Shown: positions 1 through 11,311, counted from the first letter of the stretch. The stretch: DNA of 64,000 nt from Candidatus Bathyarchaeota archaeon (GCA_963768425.1 CAVYHV010000008.1:32001-96000); one strand, 5' to 3'. Notes: generated by a model not told the origin, from the letters alone. Numbers and translations: made by a program.

Positions 1-1
1 A

Positions 2-211
2 TCCAAAGTCGAAGCAATCATATATAACGCCCAAGGATTCAAAGCCATAAAAGAACACTTTGGATCCTTCCAAGCCTACATAGACAGCTTAGACAAATCT
101 AACAACTACGATGCCGCCGTCAAAGACCTAACAAGCAAATTCAAACATATAGGTGCACCCTCAGCTAGCCTTTTCTTGTATACCGTAGGAGAAAAAATCA
201 AAGCCTGGTAA
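2..211 (+). CDS. DNA-3-methyladenine glycosylase I family, C-terminal part (truncated by window edge)
   Basis: Manual translation SKVEAIIYNAQGFKAIKEHFGSFQAYIDSLD...LTSKFKHIGAPSASLFLYTVGE resembles the Tag-family C-terminus. Confidence 0.7.
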   Translation, partial: SKVEAIIYNAQGFKAIKEHFGSFQAYIDSLDKSNNYDAAVKDLTSKFKHIGAPSASLFLYTVGEKIKAW

Positions 212-273
212 AACAATGCTTCTTTTTCTTTTTTTCTTGATTAGATTATTAAATTTGGACGAAACATTGTAAT

Positions 274-561
274 TTGAAAATCATGGCTAACGTTAGGGCG
301 CACGTGTTTGTTAGCGGCTTGGTTCAAGGGGTTTTCTTTAGACAAAAAACTAGGCAGCAGGCAGAAAGCCATGGAGTTCGGGGCTGGGTTCACAACTTAG
401 ACGATGGCAGGGTGGAAGCGGTTTTTGAAGGCGAAGAAGTCGACGTAAACGCGCTTGTGGATTTCTGCAGGAAGGGCCCAAGGGGAGCTCAAATAACGAA
501 CGTCGAAGTCGAATTCGAAACGTTTTTAGGTGGATTTCAAAATTTTAAAGTTACATATTAA
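274..561 (+). CDS. acyP: acylphosphatase
   Basis: VSGLVQGVFFR and GWVHNLDDGRVEAV signatures. Confidence 0.95.
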   Translation: MKIMANVRAHVFVSGLVQGVFFRQKTRQQAESHGVRGWVHNLDDGRVEAVFEGEEVDVNALVDFCRKGPRGAQITNVEVEFETFLGGFQNFKVTY

Positions 562-603
562 CCATTCAAAAGTTAGAAAGATTTTTTTGTTCGCTGGGTC
601 AAT

Positions 604-1014
604 TTAGGCTTTTTTCTTGGGTACTCTGAAATGTGATTCTTTGCCTGCGCTGATATATTCTCCGCCCATGCCTCTGACGGCCGACGCGATTTTCGCAAAT
701 TTTTCGGAACCAAGGAAACCCATAAGCTTGATTATTATGAAGTCGCCTTTTTCCTCAAAACCTAACAGGCTTTCTAATTCCTCGGGAAAAGACATGCGGA
801 TATCATCAAGCGTTCGCAGTTTTTGCCCTGTCGTGGGCGCAGTTGGGGGCGGTGCCGTTTGTGTAAGTGACACTGGATGGCTGTTTTGGCCTGCTGCAAG
901 AGACTTTAGCGATGTAGAAACCGATTTTAACTCTTCAGAAACCTTAACTAATTTAATGGTAAGCTCCTCCACTTTGCCAACAAGTTCAATTAGCTTTTCC
1001 TTCTCAGTGCTCAA
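604..1014 (-). CDS. hypothetical protein (N-terminal coiled coil, P/T linker, compact C-terminal domain)
   Basis: 136-aa ORF with protein-like composition; no family recognised. Confidence 0.7.
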   Translation of the reverse strand: MSTEKEKLIELVGKVEELTIKLVKVSEELKSVSTSLKSLAAGQNSHPVSLTQTAPPPTAPTTGQKLRTLDDIRMSFPEELESLLGFEEKGDFIIIKLMGFLGSEKFAKIASAVRGMGGEYISAGKESHFRVPKKKA

Positions 1015-1110
1015 CTATAACGCTCCCCTTTAAACTCCTAAATAATCCCAAGACGCTTATTAATTGTTTGCAACCTCAAACTACAGCTTAGGTTCGACAG
1101 GAAAACAGGC

Positions 1111-2148
1111 ATGATTGAAATTGATGGAAGCCAAAAAAGCGGCAGCGGCACTATCCTTCGCCTCTCAGTAGCATTAGCAGCCATAGCAAAGCAGCCCCTT
1201 CACATTTTTAATATTAGGCAAAGCCGTCCGCAACCAGGCTTGAAGCCGCAGCATCTTGAAGCGGTGCTCACTGCTACCAAACTATGCAACGCCAAGGTGC
1301 AGGGGGCCGCTTTGGGTTCAAGAGAGCTCTGGTTTACACCTCAACAAATAAGGGGCGGCAACATAAAAGCAGTAATCGAGACAGCTGGAAGCATCCCGAT
1401 GCTGCTTTTGGCGGTTTTACCCATCTGCTTGTTCGCCGACATTCCCGTTCATCTGCATGTGGCTAAAGGGGGAACAGACACTACTCACGCTCCGACAATC
1501 AACTACATGCGACGTGTTCTTTTGCCGACACTGGCAAGAATGGGGGTTGACGCTGAAATAACCGTTCAGAAATACGGTTACTACCCGAAGGGAATGGGTG
1601 AAGCCACTTTGGCCGTCAAACCCAACAGAGCTTTAAAGCCCCTTGTCTTGGAGAATTTCGGTAAGTTGAAGTGTGTAGGCGGTGTTTCCGTGTGCACTTT
1701 TTTGGCTGACCGACGGGTTGCGGAGCGGCAGGCAAAGGCAGCGGAGGAACACCTCTCGCGAAACGGCTTCATTGCAGATATTCAAATCATCAATGATGAG
1801 TCGAACCCCTTCCAAAAGGGTAGCTCAATCGTTCTATGGGCTGAAACCGACAATGGTCTCCTTGTGGGCGCTGACGCGATTGGTCAACTGCGCAAAACGG
1901 CAGAGGCTGTCGGATTGGAAGCCGCAGAAAAACTCGTTAAAGAGCTGAATTCGACGCCAACCGTTGATGTTTTCTTAGCCGATATGCTGATTCCCTACAT
2001 GGCGTTGGCACAGGGCAAGTCAGCTTTCCTTGTCAGAGCAATAACTGAACACATTGACTCCAACATTTGGTTGATGGAAAAAATATTAAACGTTAAATTC
2101 AATGTTCAAAAAGTAAACCATCTGTACAGGATAGAAAGAAGCTGCTGA
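1111..2148 (+). CDS. rtcA: RNA 3'-terminal phosphate cyclase
   Basis: IEIDGS..SG.ILR.S, RPQPGLKPQHL, GYYPKGMGE, D.FLADML motifs. Confidence 0.92.
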   Translation: MIEIDGSQKSGSGTILRLSVALAAIAKQPLHIFNIRQSRPQPGLKPQHLEAVLTATKLCNAKVQGAALGSRELWFTPQQIRGGNIKAVIETAGSIPMLLLAVLPICLFADIPVHLHVAKGGTDTTHAPTINYMRRVLLPTLARMGVDAEITVQKYGYYPKGMGEATLAVKPNRALKPLVLENFGKLKCVGGVSVCTFLADRRVAERQAKAAEEHLSRNGFIADIQIINDESNPFQKGSSIVLWAETDNGLLVGADAIGQLRKTAEAVGLEAAEKLVKELNSTPTVDVFLADMLIPYMALAQGKSAFLVRAITEHIDSNIWLMEKILNVKFNVQKVNHLYRIERSC

Positions 2149-2152
2149 TGCC

Positions 2153-3223
2153 ATGCAGAAAACAGCCTTTTGCATAAAAGTTTCAAAGAAACAGGGTGAA
2201 ACAGCATTAGCATTTGCCAACAAACTTGGAGTTTTGGACAAGTCATTGAAGATTGAACGGGACGAGACGAACCTATACATTCCTCTGGTTCGCTCGCTCA
2301 AAGAAAAAGAGTTAGCGACTTTGAAGTGTCTAGTGGCGGAATCTCTTGTGGAGACGGGAGTTTTCATCCAAAAGCAGCCAGCTGCAGTCACTCTAACGCA
2401 AACTCTTGAAACAAAGTTGCCGCCTCATCTTCTGGCTATTCTTCCTCAAGCCTTAGACATCGTGGGTGATATTGCCGTTATCGAAATCCCACATGAACTC
2501 AAAACTTACGAGAAGACTATTGGCGAAGCTATCCTGAAAACCCACAAAAACATCAAGACTGTTCTTGCAAAGGCAGGTTCAATAAGTGGGACTTTTCGGG
2601 TGCGGATGTACGATTTCATAGCTGGAGAAGAAAAAACCACGACCGTACATCGGGAATTCGGATGCCGATACCACGTTGATTTGGCGAAAGCGTATTTTTC
2701 GCCCAGGCTTTCCAGTGAGCATATGCGAGTGGCTTCAATCGTGCATGAGGGAGAAACCGTGGTGGATTTGTTCGCTGGGGTCGGACCATTCTCGGTGCTG
2801 ATTGGAAAAAAGAACCTAGACGTTCGGGTTTTCGCTGTTGACATTAATCCAGAAGCCATTGAGCTGTTAAAAGTTAACATCAGGGTTAACAGGGTTGAAA
2901 ATCGGGTTTTCCCAGTCATAGGGGATGCAAGACAACTCGCAGCTAGCAGACTTAATGGTTCAGCTGATAGGGTTATAATGAATCTGCCTGAAACCGCCAT
3001 CGAGTTCGTGGATGCCGCTTGCCAAGCCGTTAAGCCCACGGGCGGGGTAATCCATTTCTACGGTTTTGTCCGTTCACCCGACTCGGCGGAAAACCTAAAA
3101 CTTCGCTTCTCCGACGTCGTTAAGAAATCAGGCAGAAAAGTGGAGGCTTTTCTCTGTGTCAGAAGCGTTCGTGAAACTGCGCCCTACGAATCTCAGATTG
3201 TTTTAGACGCTAAAATCAGTTAG
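2153..3223 (+). CDS. trm5: tRNA (guanine37-N1)-methyltransferase, Trm5/Met10 family
   Basis: YFSPRL, VVDLFAGVGPF, DINP, RVIMNLP motifs; N-terminal D1 domain. Confidence 0.9.
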   Translation: MQKTAFCIKVSKKQGETALAFANKLGVLDKSLKIERDETNLYIPLVRSLKEKELATLKCLVAESLVETGVFIQKQPAAVTLTQTLETKLPPHLLAILPQALDIVGDIAVIEIPHELKTYEKTIGEAILKTHKNIKTVLAKAGSISGTFRVRMYDFIAGEEKTTTVHREFGCRYHVDLAKAYFSPRLSSEHMRVASIVHEGETVVDLFAGVGPFSVLIGKKNLDVRVFAVDINPEAIELLKVNIRVNRVENRVFPVIGDARQLAASRLNGSADRVIMNLPETAIEFVDAACQAVKPTGGVIHFYGFVRSPDSAENLKLRFSDVVKKSGRKVEAFLCVRSVRETAPYESQIVLDAKIS

Positions 3224-3656
3224 GCTCTAACAATCAGGGTTATCTTAATTTTCTGTTGGGGGTTTTTGAGTTTTTCAACAAATTCTCTTGACAGTTCGTT
3301 GGATGATTTGTCAGCGTGGATTGCCAGGGTTCGGTCTGAAATGTAGTCGCTTTTTCTAATCACAATGTCGGTCGGGTTGGTTAAAGCCAGTTTTGGGGAG
3401 CCAGAGGCGTTGATTTGCTGGGTTAAGCCGTCAGCTTCGATTATTATTGTTAGTTTGGCGTTTGGTTTTTTCAGTTTTTCTTTGAATTCCAAGCTCAATT
3501 CTGTCGCGGCTTTGTCAGCTCGCTACGGCGACGATGCAGTCTCCCGTTTTAGAAAGATGCGTCTCTTTTGTAAACATCAAAGTTGACGGGTGAACGGCTT
3601 GAATGTTCCCGTGCCCAAAAGCCTTAATTGTTTCTTTTGATTGCTTTAAAACTCAA
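3220..3656 (-). CDS. DUF371 (MTH639-like) protein, split by indels
   Basis: Across frames: GHGNIQAVHPSTLMFTKETHLSKTGDCIVAV.ADK ... IVIRKSDYISDRTLAIHADK. Confidence 0.8.
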
Positions 3657-4619
3657 TTATTCGTTGACCTCGATAGAATCGACTTTGCCGTCTCCGTCCA
3701 AATCGAACCCCTGAATCACAACCGCGAACTTGTCCTGCCCCTTGTATTTCTGCAGGGTTTTCTTCCAGAAATTAGTCAAAGCCAAAACGCACGCTTTTGT
3801 TCCGACAGCTTTGTTGCCTGCTAAAATAACGATGCGTTTGGTGTTGTCCCATGGGTTAACGATTTTGGCAATTAATCCTGAAACGTCGGAGGTGTAAACC
3901 TGCAAGGTTTTTTCTGACGATAAGCCGCCAAGCAGGAATCCTTGTTCGGATGACTGCATTATGAATTTGATGGGAAGGTATTCGTTTATTTCCTGTGTGA
4001 GGAGGTTGGTTCCGGGTCCTCCGACGAGGATTAAGTTGTTTTTTTCTTCTTTCTCCACTTTTACGTCAACGTCCAGTTTAACCGCGAATTCACTCGGCAT
4101 TTTCGCAAATTGCCCCAGAAAAAGAGCTAGGTGAGCCGCGTAATGTCCGTCTCGCGCGCTGGTTTTGAATGGTCCATGCGGTTGGGGGCTGCCTACGACT
4201 ATTTTGCCGTCGAAGATGCCGTTGCTGATGAATTCTCTGAAGAAATCTTGAAGCTGCTTATCCAAGCTTAGGGTGCACATGTTCTGGATCGGTTTATATC
4301 CGTGTGGGAACTCGATTCCGAAAGCTGGTGAGACGGTTTTGTAGTATTTTGCTGTTGCGCCTTTCTTTTTTTCTTCCCGCTCGACAGTTATGGCGCCTGC
4401 TTTGGCGAGTTTTCTTATGTGGTAGTAGATTTTTTGTTCGTGCATGCCAAGCTGCTTCGCGATTTCTAAGGGGTACATCTCTTTTTTTGAAAGCATGGTT
4501 AGGATTTTCCAGCTTAGGCTGCCCAGCACCATTTTCAGTTTTTGTGAGTCGTTTATCATGCTGATTTCTTTTACTTCTTGGGAGTCGCCGTTGTCTTGGA
4601 GTAGAAGTTTCTTGTCCAT
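3657..4619 (-). CDS. ArsR-like wHTH regulator fused to an S-layer-C-terminal-like domain
   Basis: N-terminal YPLEIAKQLGMHEQKIYYHIRKL HTH; C-terminal NLILVGGPGTN and terminal DLDGDGKVD motif. Confidence 0.8.
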   Translation of the reverse strand: MDKKLLLQDNGDSQEVKEISMINDSQKLKMVLGSLSWKILTMLSKKEMYPLEIAKQLGMHEQKIYYHIRKLAKAGAITVEREEKKKGATAKYYKTVSPAFGIEFPHGYKPIQNMCTLSLDKQLQDFFREFISNGIFDGKIVVGSPQPHGPFKTSARDGHYAAHLALFLGQFAKMPSEFAVKLDVDVKVEKEEKNNLILVGGPGTNLLTQEINEYLPIKFIMQSSEQGFLLGGLSSEKTLQVYTSDVSGLIAKIVNPWDNTKRIVILAGNKAVGTKACVLALTNFWKKTLQKYKGQDKFAVVIQGFDLDGDGKVDSIEVNE

Positions 4620-4648
4620 AAGTTAATCCTGATGAGTAAGAAACATGT

Positions 4649-4671
4649 ACTATAAAAAATTTATTTATAGT
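4649..4671. promoter_or_regulatory. inverted repeat ACTATAAA-N7-TTTATAGT, candidate operator over the TATA region
   Basis: Perfect 8-bp arms about 30 bp upstream of the HTH gene, in the region shared with divergent glmS. Confidence 0.45.
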
Positions 4672-4836
4672 GGTGTAGAAAAATCGAGCTGCGTTGAGCC
4701 CAAAGTTGTCAATGTGCATGCGGAATGGTCAGAAACTGCTACAAAGTTTTTTTTAGCGGTCAAACCGAAATGTTAAAAATGCTTATTAGCAAACCTCTCG
4801 CCGTTAAGTCATACATCATCAAAATGAGGGTAGGAT

Positions 4837-6670
4837 ATGTGTGGAATATTTGGTTGTGTTTTAACAGAGGGAAACGCTGCTCCCCTTATACATTCGTCAC
4901 TTAAACGGCTTGAATATCGAGGCTATGACTCAGTCGGCATAGCGACAATTTCTGAAAGACAAAATTTACCTTAAGAAGGACCAGGGAAAAATCGATGATG
5001 TGCATAAAATTCTAAACCTTGACGATTTGCCAGGCAACATAGGTATCGGTCACACGCGATGGGCAACACATGGTGCACCCCTAAAAGTTAACTCTCATCC
5101 TCACTCCGACTGCACAGGCGAAATAATGGTTGTTCACAACGGAATCATCGAGAATTTCATGGAACTTAGAACTGAACTGCAAAATCTTGACCACACCTTT
5201 GTTTCCAAAACAGACACCGAAGTAATCCCGCACCTAATTGAGCAAACCCTCAAACAGAACCCGAAACTCTCCTTTGTGGATGCAGTTCAAGAAAGCCATC
5301 AAGCGCCTTGAAGGGTCATATGCCCTTGCAGTAATCTCCACAAAAGAACCAGACAAGATTGTCTGCGCCAGAAACGAAAGCCCCCTGGTTTTAGGCATCA
5401 ACGGGAAGGGCGTTTTCTGCGCTTCCGACATTCCAGCTTTTCTGCCAGTCACCAACAAGGCAGTCATGGTAAACAACGGCGAAATGGTTATTCTGTCTGC
5501 ACAAGGTTACGAGATCAAGAAAATCCAGGATTCCAGCCCTGTCAGTCGGGAACCAGAAACCATCGAGTGGTCAGCTGAAATGGCTATTAAACAAGGCTAC
5601 CCGCACTTTATGATCAAAGAGATTCATGAGCAGCCTGAAACTCTGCGCAACACGCTAAGACTGCAGGAGCATTATCTGGATTTACTTACAACTTTTCTTG
5701 ACCGAGCAAACGAGGTTTTTCTTGTCGCATGCGGAACAAGCTACCACGCATGTTTAGCGGCTTCATACATGTTCTCCAAACTTGCGTTCTTGCCGACTTA
5801 CCCAGTTTACGCTTCAGAATTCATAGAGCAACATGGCAAATCAGTAAGCATCGATAGCACCATTTTAGCGGTCAGCCAGTCAGGCGAAACAGCGGACACC
5901 ATAGCCGCCGTCACCTGTGCCCAGCAGCGGGCAGCCACAATACTAAGCCTAACAAACGTCATCGGCTCTTCTTTAACACGGATTTCCCGCGTTTACATCG
6001 GCACACAGGCGGGTCCAGAAATCGGTGTTGCAGCTACGAAAACTTTCACTTCTCAGCTTTCCGTTTTGGCGCAACTTGCGCTTAGGCTAGCGAAGAAGAG
6101 AGGCAAGGTTTCTCAGGATGAGATAGATAGCCTTGAAGAAAACTTGCGTAAGTTGCCTGAAATTGCTGAACACGATAGTGAAGACGCAGGAGGAAAAAGT
6201 TAAGCAAATCGCCAAGAAATACAAGGATTCTAAAGTGTTCTTTTTCTTAGGCAGAGGAATCAGCACCGCCACCGCTTACGAAGGCAGACTCAAACTGATG
6301 GAAATCGCCTACATTCCGTCAATAGCGTTCCCAGCAGGCGAAAGCAAGCATGGACCAATCAGCCTCATCGAAAACGGGTTCCCAGTGGTTTTCGTTTGCC
6401 CCAGAGATGACTGCCACAAAACGTTGATCGGCAACATCATGGAGATGAAAGCCAGAGGCGCCCACATAATCGCTGTTGCAGAGGAAGGAGACGAGGAAAT
6501 CAAAGTCGTTGGCTGACGACTACATTGAGGTTCCCAAAGGCATCCCAGGCGTTCTGTCGCCGATTCCTTTCGTCGTGCCCCTGCAGCTATTAGCGTACTA
6601 TATTGCGCTTGAAAAAGGCTACAACCCCGACATGCCAAGAAACCTGGCGAAATGCGTCACCGTAAAGTAG
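4837..6670 (+). CDS. glmS: glutamine--fructose-6-phosphate aminotransferase, split by several indels
   Basis: MCGIFG start, [47 protein letters not shown]; fragments in different frames. Confidence 0.95.
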
Positions 6671-6862
6671 CCTTCTCCTTTTCCCATCGACCTTATTAGC
6701 CCGCTTTCTTGAGCTTGCTTCTTTTGCAGGTTCGTATCACAAACAACGCGGCACTTTGCAGGATTTTCTTTTTCATCCCGCTACCCTACGTTTTTCTTAA
6801 GAATCCAATTAGGCACATCTAACAGCCAAAAACAAAAGCGTTTAAGAACTATGGCTGGCAGG

Positions 6863-7891
6863 TTAGCCGAACCATTTTTCCAGCGTCATTTTTGTCTTCT
6901 GCTTTTTGCTGCCTGCAAGCATCCTGTCGAGGGATTTTCTGACGCGGTCTTCCGAAAATTCTTTCTGCCTCACCATCAAGTCCACGACACCTTCAACATT
7001 TGGTTCGCACCATTTGAGCTTGTAGTTGTCTGTGACTTCTGGATGCAGAAAGACTTGGCGTATGCAGTTTGGCTCAACTGGGAAAGAAGCGTTTTTTATG
7101 TGGGGAAGAGCATTTTCCAGAGACCCATATTGCTTGATGAGTTTGAGGGCGGTTTTTGGTCCGAGCCCTTTTATGCCGTCTGGGTTGAAGTCTGTGCCGA
7201 TGAGTATGCCAACGTCAATGAGCTGCTCATACGTTAAGCCTGTCTCGCTTAGAGTTTTTGATAGCTCCATCACTTCAGGCACAACCTCGATGTAGGCGTT
7301 GCCGCGTTTACGTCTGCCGGAAATCGTGATGTTCCGCAGCATTCTTGGCGCTCCGAAAAGCAAGCTGTCATAGTCCTGGCTTGCACAGTAATCCGCCTCG
7401 CCTTTCTTTGTCATATGGGCAGCTTGGGCTTCTCCTTCGCTTGGCGCATTTATCCACGGCAAACCCATCATCTCCAAAAGCTTGCGGCTGTCCTCCTGCA
7501 TGTAGTCTTTCATGCTTGTCGCTGCCTGAGCAAACATCCGCATCTTCTCCGTGTCGCCTTTCGCTGCCGCCTTCTCGTAGCTTGCGATGGCTTGAACCTT
7601 AACCTGTTTGCGCCGTTCGATTTCAGCCGCTTTCAAAGTCGGAGGAATCCCATCGAAAACGTAGATCGGCTTCAGTCCCATTTCTACAAGGTTACTGGTG
7701 CGGTAGAAAAGGCCGCTTAGATGGCTGGTGATGTGTCCCGTGCTGTCTTTGAGCGGGGTTCCGTCGGGTTGGCGGATGATGCTGAGAAACTGGTAGATGG
7801 CGTTGTAAGCGTCTATGGCGATTATTTTGCCGCTTAAGTCTTCAAGTTTAATTGGGGTTTTCGGTACAAGGTCTTTGAAGTCTACGCCCAA
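6863..7891 (-). CDS. fen: flap endonuclease 1
   Basis: IDAYNAIYQFL, APSEGEAQAA, SQDYDSLLFG, GTDFN, C-terminal PIP-like TLEKWF. Confidence 0.97.
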   Translation of the reverse strand: MGVDFKDLVPKTPIKLEDLSGKIIAIDAYNAIYQFLSIIRQPDGTPLKDSTGHITSHLSGLFYRTSNLVEMGLKPIYVFDGIPPTLKAAEIERRKQVKVQAIASYEKAAAKGDTEKMRMFAQAATSMKDYMQEDSRKLLEMMGLPWINAPSEGEAQAAHMTKKGEADYCASQDYDSLLFGAPRMLRNITISGRRKRGNAYIEVVPEVMELSKTLSETGLTYEQLIDVGILIGTDFNPDGIKGLGPKTALKLIKQYGSLENALPHIKNASFPVEPNCIRQVFLHPEVTDNYKLKWCEPNVEGVVDLMVRQKEFSEDRVRKSLDRMLAGSKKQKTKMTLEKWFG

Positions 7892-8124
7892 AATTCATCA
7901 CGGAAAACAAATAGGAAAAAGCTTTCTTAATAAACTTGCGAATTGGTCCTTGAACACAAATTCAAGGGTTCAAAATGTTTATTCAAAAAATGAGTTTGTT
8001 TAGGGTACCTTGCCTATGTTCTTGACAACCAGCTTATTTGTCGCGAGGATTACCAATACAATCTGCCCGTCTATAAACGTCACGAGGAAGGTTGGTTAAA
8101 GTTATTTAGTAAGTTGTGTCGTTA

Positions 8125-8245
8125 AGAAAGGACCAGGCAAACTGGACGGTTGCGGGGGAGCCGTTGGTCTGTTATGAGTTTGCCGGGGCAACATGGGCGA
8201 TCACTATTGGAGATAGACTAAAGTTGTTGCTATACTCAAAGATTT
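8125..8245 (-). ncRNA. candidate two-hairpin small RNA
   Basis: Stems GGCAAACT/AGTTTGCC (8136-8184) and GCAACA/TGTTGC (8188-8230); minus-strand TTTATAAT near 8271-8278; pyrimidine tract after the hairpins. Confidence 0.3.
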
Positions 8246-8462
8246 CTTCTTAAGCGTTTTATGCGTCTGATTATAAATCGAAGGTTTTTCAGTTGCAACC
8301 TCGTGATTTCTGTTGCGAATAAATTGAATTGCGAAAGAACGGAAAATAAACTTGGTGTTTTCAAGTTTCAAATCCGTAAGTGAATAGGCTGGTTATGGGG
8401 ATCCGTTGAGCATAGCAGATATAAGGAACCCTTACAATTTAAAACCGCAAGAGATGTCGGTT

Positions 8463-8650
8463 ATGACAGAAAGACAAACAGCACTTCCTTAGTCACCTGC
8501 ACAAGCTGCGGCAAACCTATCCCACCTGGCAGTGAATCAACAAAGTTCCTCTGCCCAAACTGCGGAGAAATCCAAATTAAACGCGACGGAAAATGCCGCA
8601 AGTTCGGACGCCTCTACAAGTGCCCAAAATGCGGTTTCACCGGACCATAA
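8463..8650 (+). CDS. small Zn-ribbon protein, DUF1610/HVO_2753 family (1 indel near start)
   Basis: CTSCG..FLCPNCGE..RDGKCRK..YKCPKCGFTGP; usual position upstream of EF-1beta; absent from ORF track. Confidence 0.88.
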
Positions 8651-8664
8651 AAGGCGATTAGGCT

Positions 8665-8940
8665 ATGGGCAGCGTCATAGTAACATACAAGGTTTTCCCG
8701 GAAGACATAGTGCCAAGCTTTGACGCCTTGAAAAAGGCGATTGAAGGAATTACACCCCAGTTCGCGTCCATTGAAGGATGGGGCGAGGAACCAGTAGCTT
8801 TCGGGCTTGTGGCACTTCTCGTTCAACTAAAGTTTCCAGAGGACAAGACAGGAATCGTTGACGAATTCGAGGAAAAACTCGGGAAGTTGCCTGGAGTAAG
8901 CCAAGCGCAAACGATGTTTTTGCGTCGAAGTAGCAGATAA
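8665..8940 (+). CDS. ef1b: translation elongation factor 1-beta
   Basis: KVFPED, EEPVAFGLVAL motifs. Confidence 0.93.
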   Translation: MGSVIVTYKVFPEDIVPSFDALKKAIEGITPQFASIEGWGEEPVAFGLVALLVQLKFPEDKTGIVDEFEEKLGKLPGVSQAQTMFLRRSSR

Positions 8941-9095
8941 ATCCGCCAAGCGATCAATTCAGGCAAAAATCTAACAATTCTTCCTCTCAGTTTTCACCTG
9001 AAAGTCTCAAGCGTTACGCTTGAAAGTTTATATAGGTATGAATGTTCTTTTCCCCTCATACCCTTAAGAGCACCAGATTATTTGGAGGATTCTGT

Positions 9096-11300
9096 TTGAG
9101 TGAAATTCAACTGCGCGTTGGAGATGCACGACAAAGAGACGTGGGCAGAGGAATCGCCCGCATAGACCAGCGAACCATGCAGAAATTAGGCATAAGTGCT
9201 GGCGACGTAATAGAAATAATAAATAAACGTACAACCTCGGCTATCGCTTGGCCAGCTTACAGCGAAGACCAGAACCGCGACATCATCCGAATCGATGGTT
9301 TCACACGTAAGAACAGCGGCGTAGCCATAAACGAGTATGTTGTGGTACGTCCTGCAAAAGTTAAGACGGCTTTGAGCCTAACTCTTGCACCAGTGGACAT
9401 GCGTCTTAATGTTGATGAAGATTTTACTAACTTCGTAAAGAACCGTCTTATGGAACGTACCCTTGTTGAAGGCGACACAACCCTTGTTATGATGCTGGGG
9501 CACGCCATCCCGTTCACAGTTTCAAAAACGCGTCCACACGGCATAATAAAAGTTACAACCGAAACCCACTTAACTATTTTGAATGAGCCAGCACCCGAAG
9601 GCAAAGGGCTGCCCAGAACCACTTACGAGGACATAGGCGGGTTACATGAAGAAATCCAGCGAGTCCGTGAAATGGTCGAGTTGCCGCTCAGACATCCGGA
9701 ACTTTTCCAGCGACTAGGCATAGAGCCCCCAAAAGGAGTGTTGCTTCATGGTCCACCTGGCTGCGGCAAAACATTGCTTGCCCGAGCGGTCGCCAACGAG
9801 TCCGAAGCAAACTTCTACTCTATCAACGGTCCCGAAATCATGAGTAAATTCTACGGCGAATCTGAAGCGCGTCTGCGAGAGATTTTCCAGCAAGCCCAGC
9901 AGAATGCCCCAAGCATAATATTCGTCGATGAACTTGACGCGATTGCCCCTAAACGGGAAGAAGTCACAGGCGAAGTTGAAAGACGCGTCGTCGCGCAACT
10001 TCTTGCTTTGATGGATGGCTTAAGCGGAAGAGGAAACGTTATAGTGATCGGCGCAACTAACCGCCCAGGGGCACTTGACCCCGCCCTACGCAGACCCGGA
10101 AGGTTTGACAGGGAAATAGAAATCAGCGTGCCCGATAAGCGGGGAAGACACGAGGTCTTGCAGATTCATACCAGAGGCATGCCTCTTCACGGACTTGAAA
10201 AAACTGAGGGAGAAAAATCTGATCAAGACGTTGACCTCAAAAAACTCGCTGACATGACCCATGGCTACACGGGAGCTGACCTTTCGGCTTTGAGTAGAGA
10301 AACAGCCATGAAAGCGCTCCGCAGATACCTACCGCAAATTAATCTTGAAGAAGAACGCATTCCACCCGCTGTACTGGAAAAGATGGAGGTCACAATGGAC
10401 GACTTCTTAGGAGCATACAAGGAAGTTACGCCTACCGCAATGCGCGAGGTCTACATTGAAGTTGCGACGGTGCATTGGACCGACATAGGCGGGTTAGACA
10501 CCGTCAAAGAGCACCTCAAAGAATCCGTCGAATGGCCAATCAAAAACCCAGAAATCTTCACCCGACTGGGAATAAGAGCACCAAAAGGCATCCTGCTTTT
10601 CGGCCCGCCTGGCTGCGGTAAAACCCTGCTTGCACGTGCCGTCGCCACGGAGAGCGAAGCAAACTTCATATCCATAAAAGGACCCGAAGTTTTCAGCAAA
10701 TGGCTTGGCGAATCAGAAAAAGCAATCCGGGAGGTCTTCCGCAAAGCCCGCATGGCAGCACCTTCAGTAATATTCTTAGACGAAATCGATTCCCTTACTC
10801 CTAGACGTGACTCAGGCATGTCTGACAGCGGCGCTTTCGAACGGGTGATAAGCCAATTACTGACAGAGATGGATGGCATAACAACCCTGCAAGACATCGT
10901 AATCATCGCCGCAACAAACCGCCCGCACATGGTCGACCCCGCGGTGCTTCGCCCAGGTAGATTTGACCGTTTGATCTATGTGCCTGAACCCGACGAAAAG
11001 AGCCGCCTCCAAATATTTAAATTGTACACGAAGAGCATGCCGATTTGCAGCGACGTTGATTTGAACGTGTTGACGACAGCGACAAAATACTATTCTGGTG
11101 CTGACATCGAATCCTTGTGCAGAGAAGCCGCAATGCACGCGTTGCGCCGCGATATTAATTCACGCGAAGTCACGATGAACGATTTCCAGGACGCCCTCAA
11201 AGAGATGGGTCCGTCAATTACGCCTGACATGGAGAAATGGTACAAGAGCTTCAATCAGCAGTTCCGACAAGTACAAAAGCCAGGAACACCCGTTGCTTAG
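9096..11300 (+). CDS. cdc48: CDC48/VCP family AAA+ ATPase
   Basis: N-domain [10 protein letters not shown]; two GPPGCGKT Walker A motifs and two LRPGRFDR; TTG start after GGAGG. Confidence 0.97.
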   Translation: MSEIQLRVGDARQRDVGRGIARIDQRTMQKLGISAGDVIEIINKRTTSAIAWPAYSEDQNRDIIRIDGFTRKNSGVAINEYVVVRPAKVKTALSLTLAPVDMRLNVDEDFTNFVKNRLMERTLVEGDTTLVMMLGHAIPFTVSKTRPHGIIKVTTETHLTILNEPAPEGKGLPRTTYEDIGGLHEEIQRVREMVELPLRHPELFQRLGIEPPKGVLLHGPPGCGKTLLARAVANESEANFYSINGPEIMSKFYGESEARLREIFQQAQQNAPSIIFVDELDAIAPKREEVTGEVERRVVAQLLALMDGLSGRGNVIVIGATNRPGALDPALRRPGRFDREIEISVPDKRGRHEVLQIHTRGMPLHGLEKTEGEKSDQDVDLKKLADMTHGYTGADLSALSRETAMKALRRYLPQINLEEERIPPAVLEKMEVTMDDFLGAYKEVTPTAMREVYIEVATVHWTDIGGLDTVKEHLKESVEWPIKNPEIFTRLGIRAPKGILLFGPPGCGKTLLARAVATESEANFISIKGPEVFSKWLGESEKAIREVFRKARMAAPSVIFLDEIDSLTPRRDSGMSDSGAFERVISQLLTEMDGITTLQDIVIIAATNRPHMVDPAVLRPGRFDRLIYVPEPDEKSRLQIFKLYTKSMPICSDVDLNVLTTATKYYSGADIESLCREAAMHALRRDINSREVTMNDFQDALKEMGPSITPDMEKWYKSFNQQFRQVQKPGTPVA

Positions 11301-11311
11301 AAGGAAAACGA

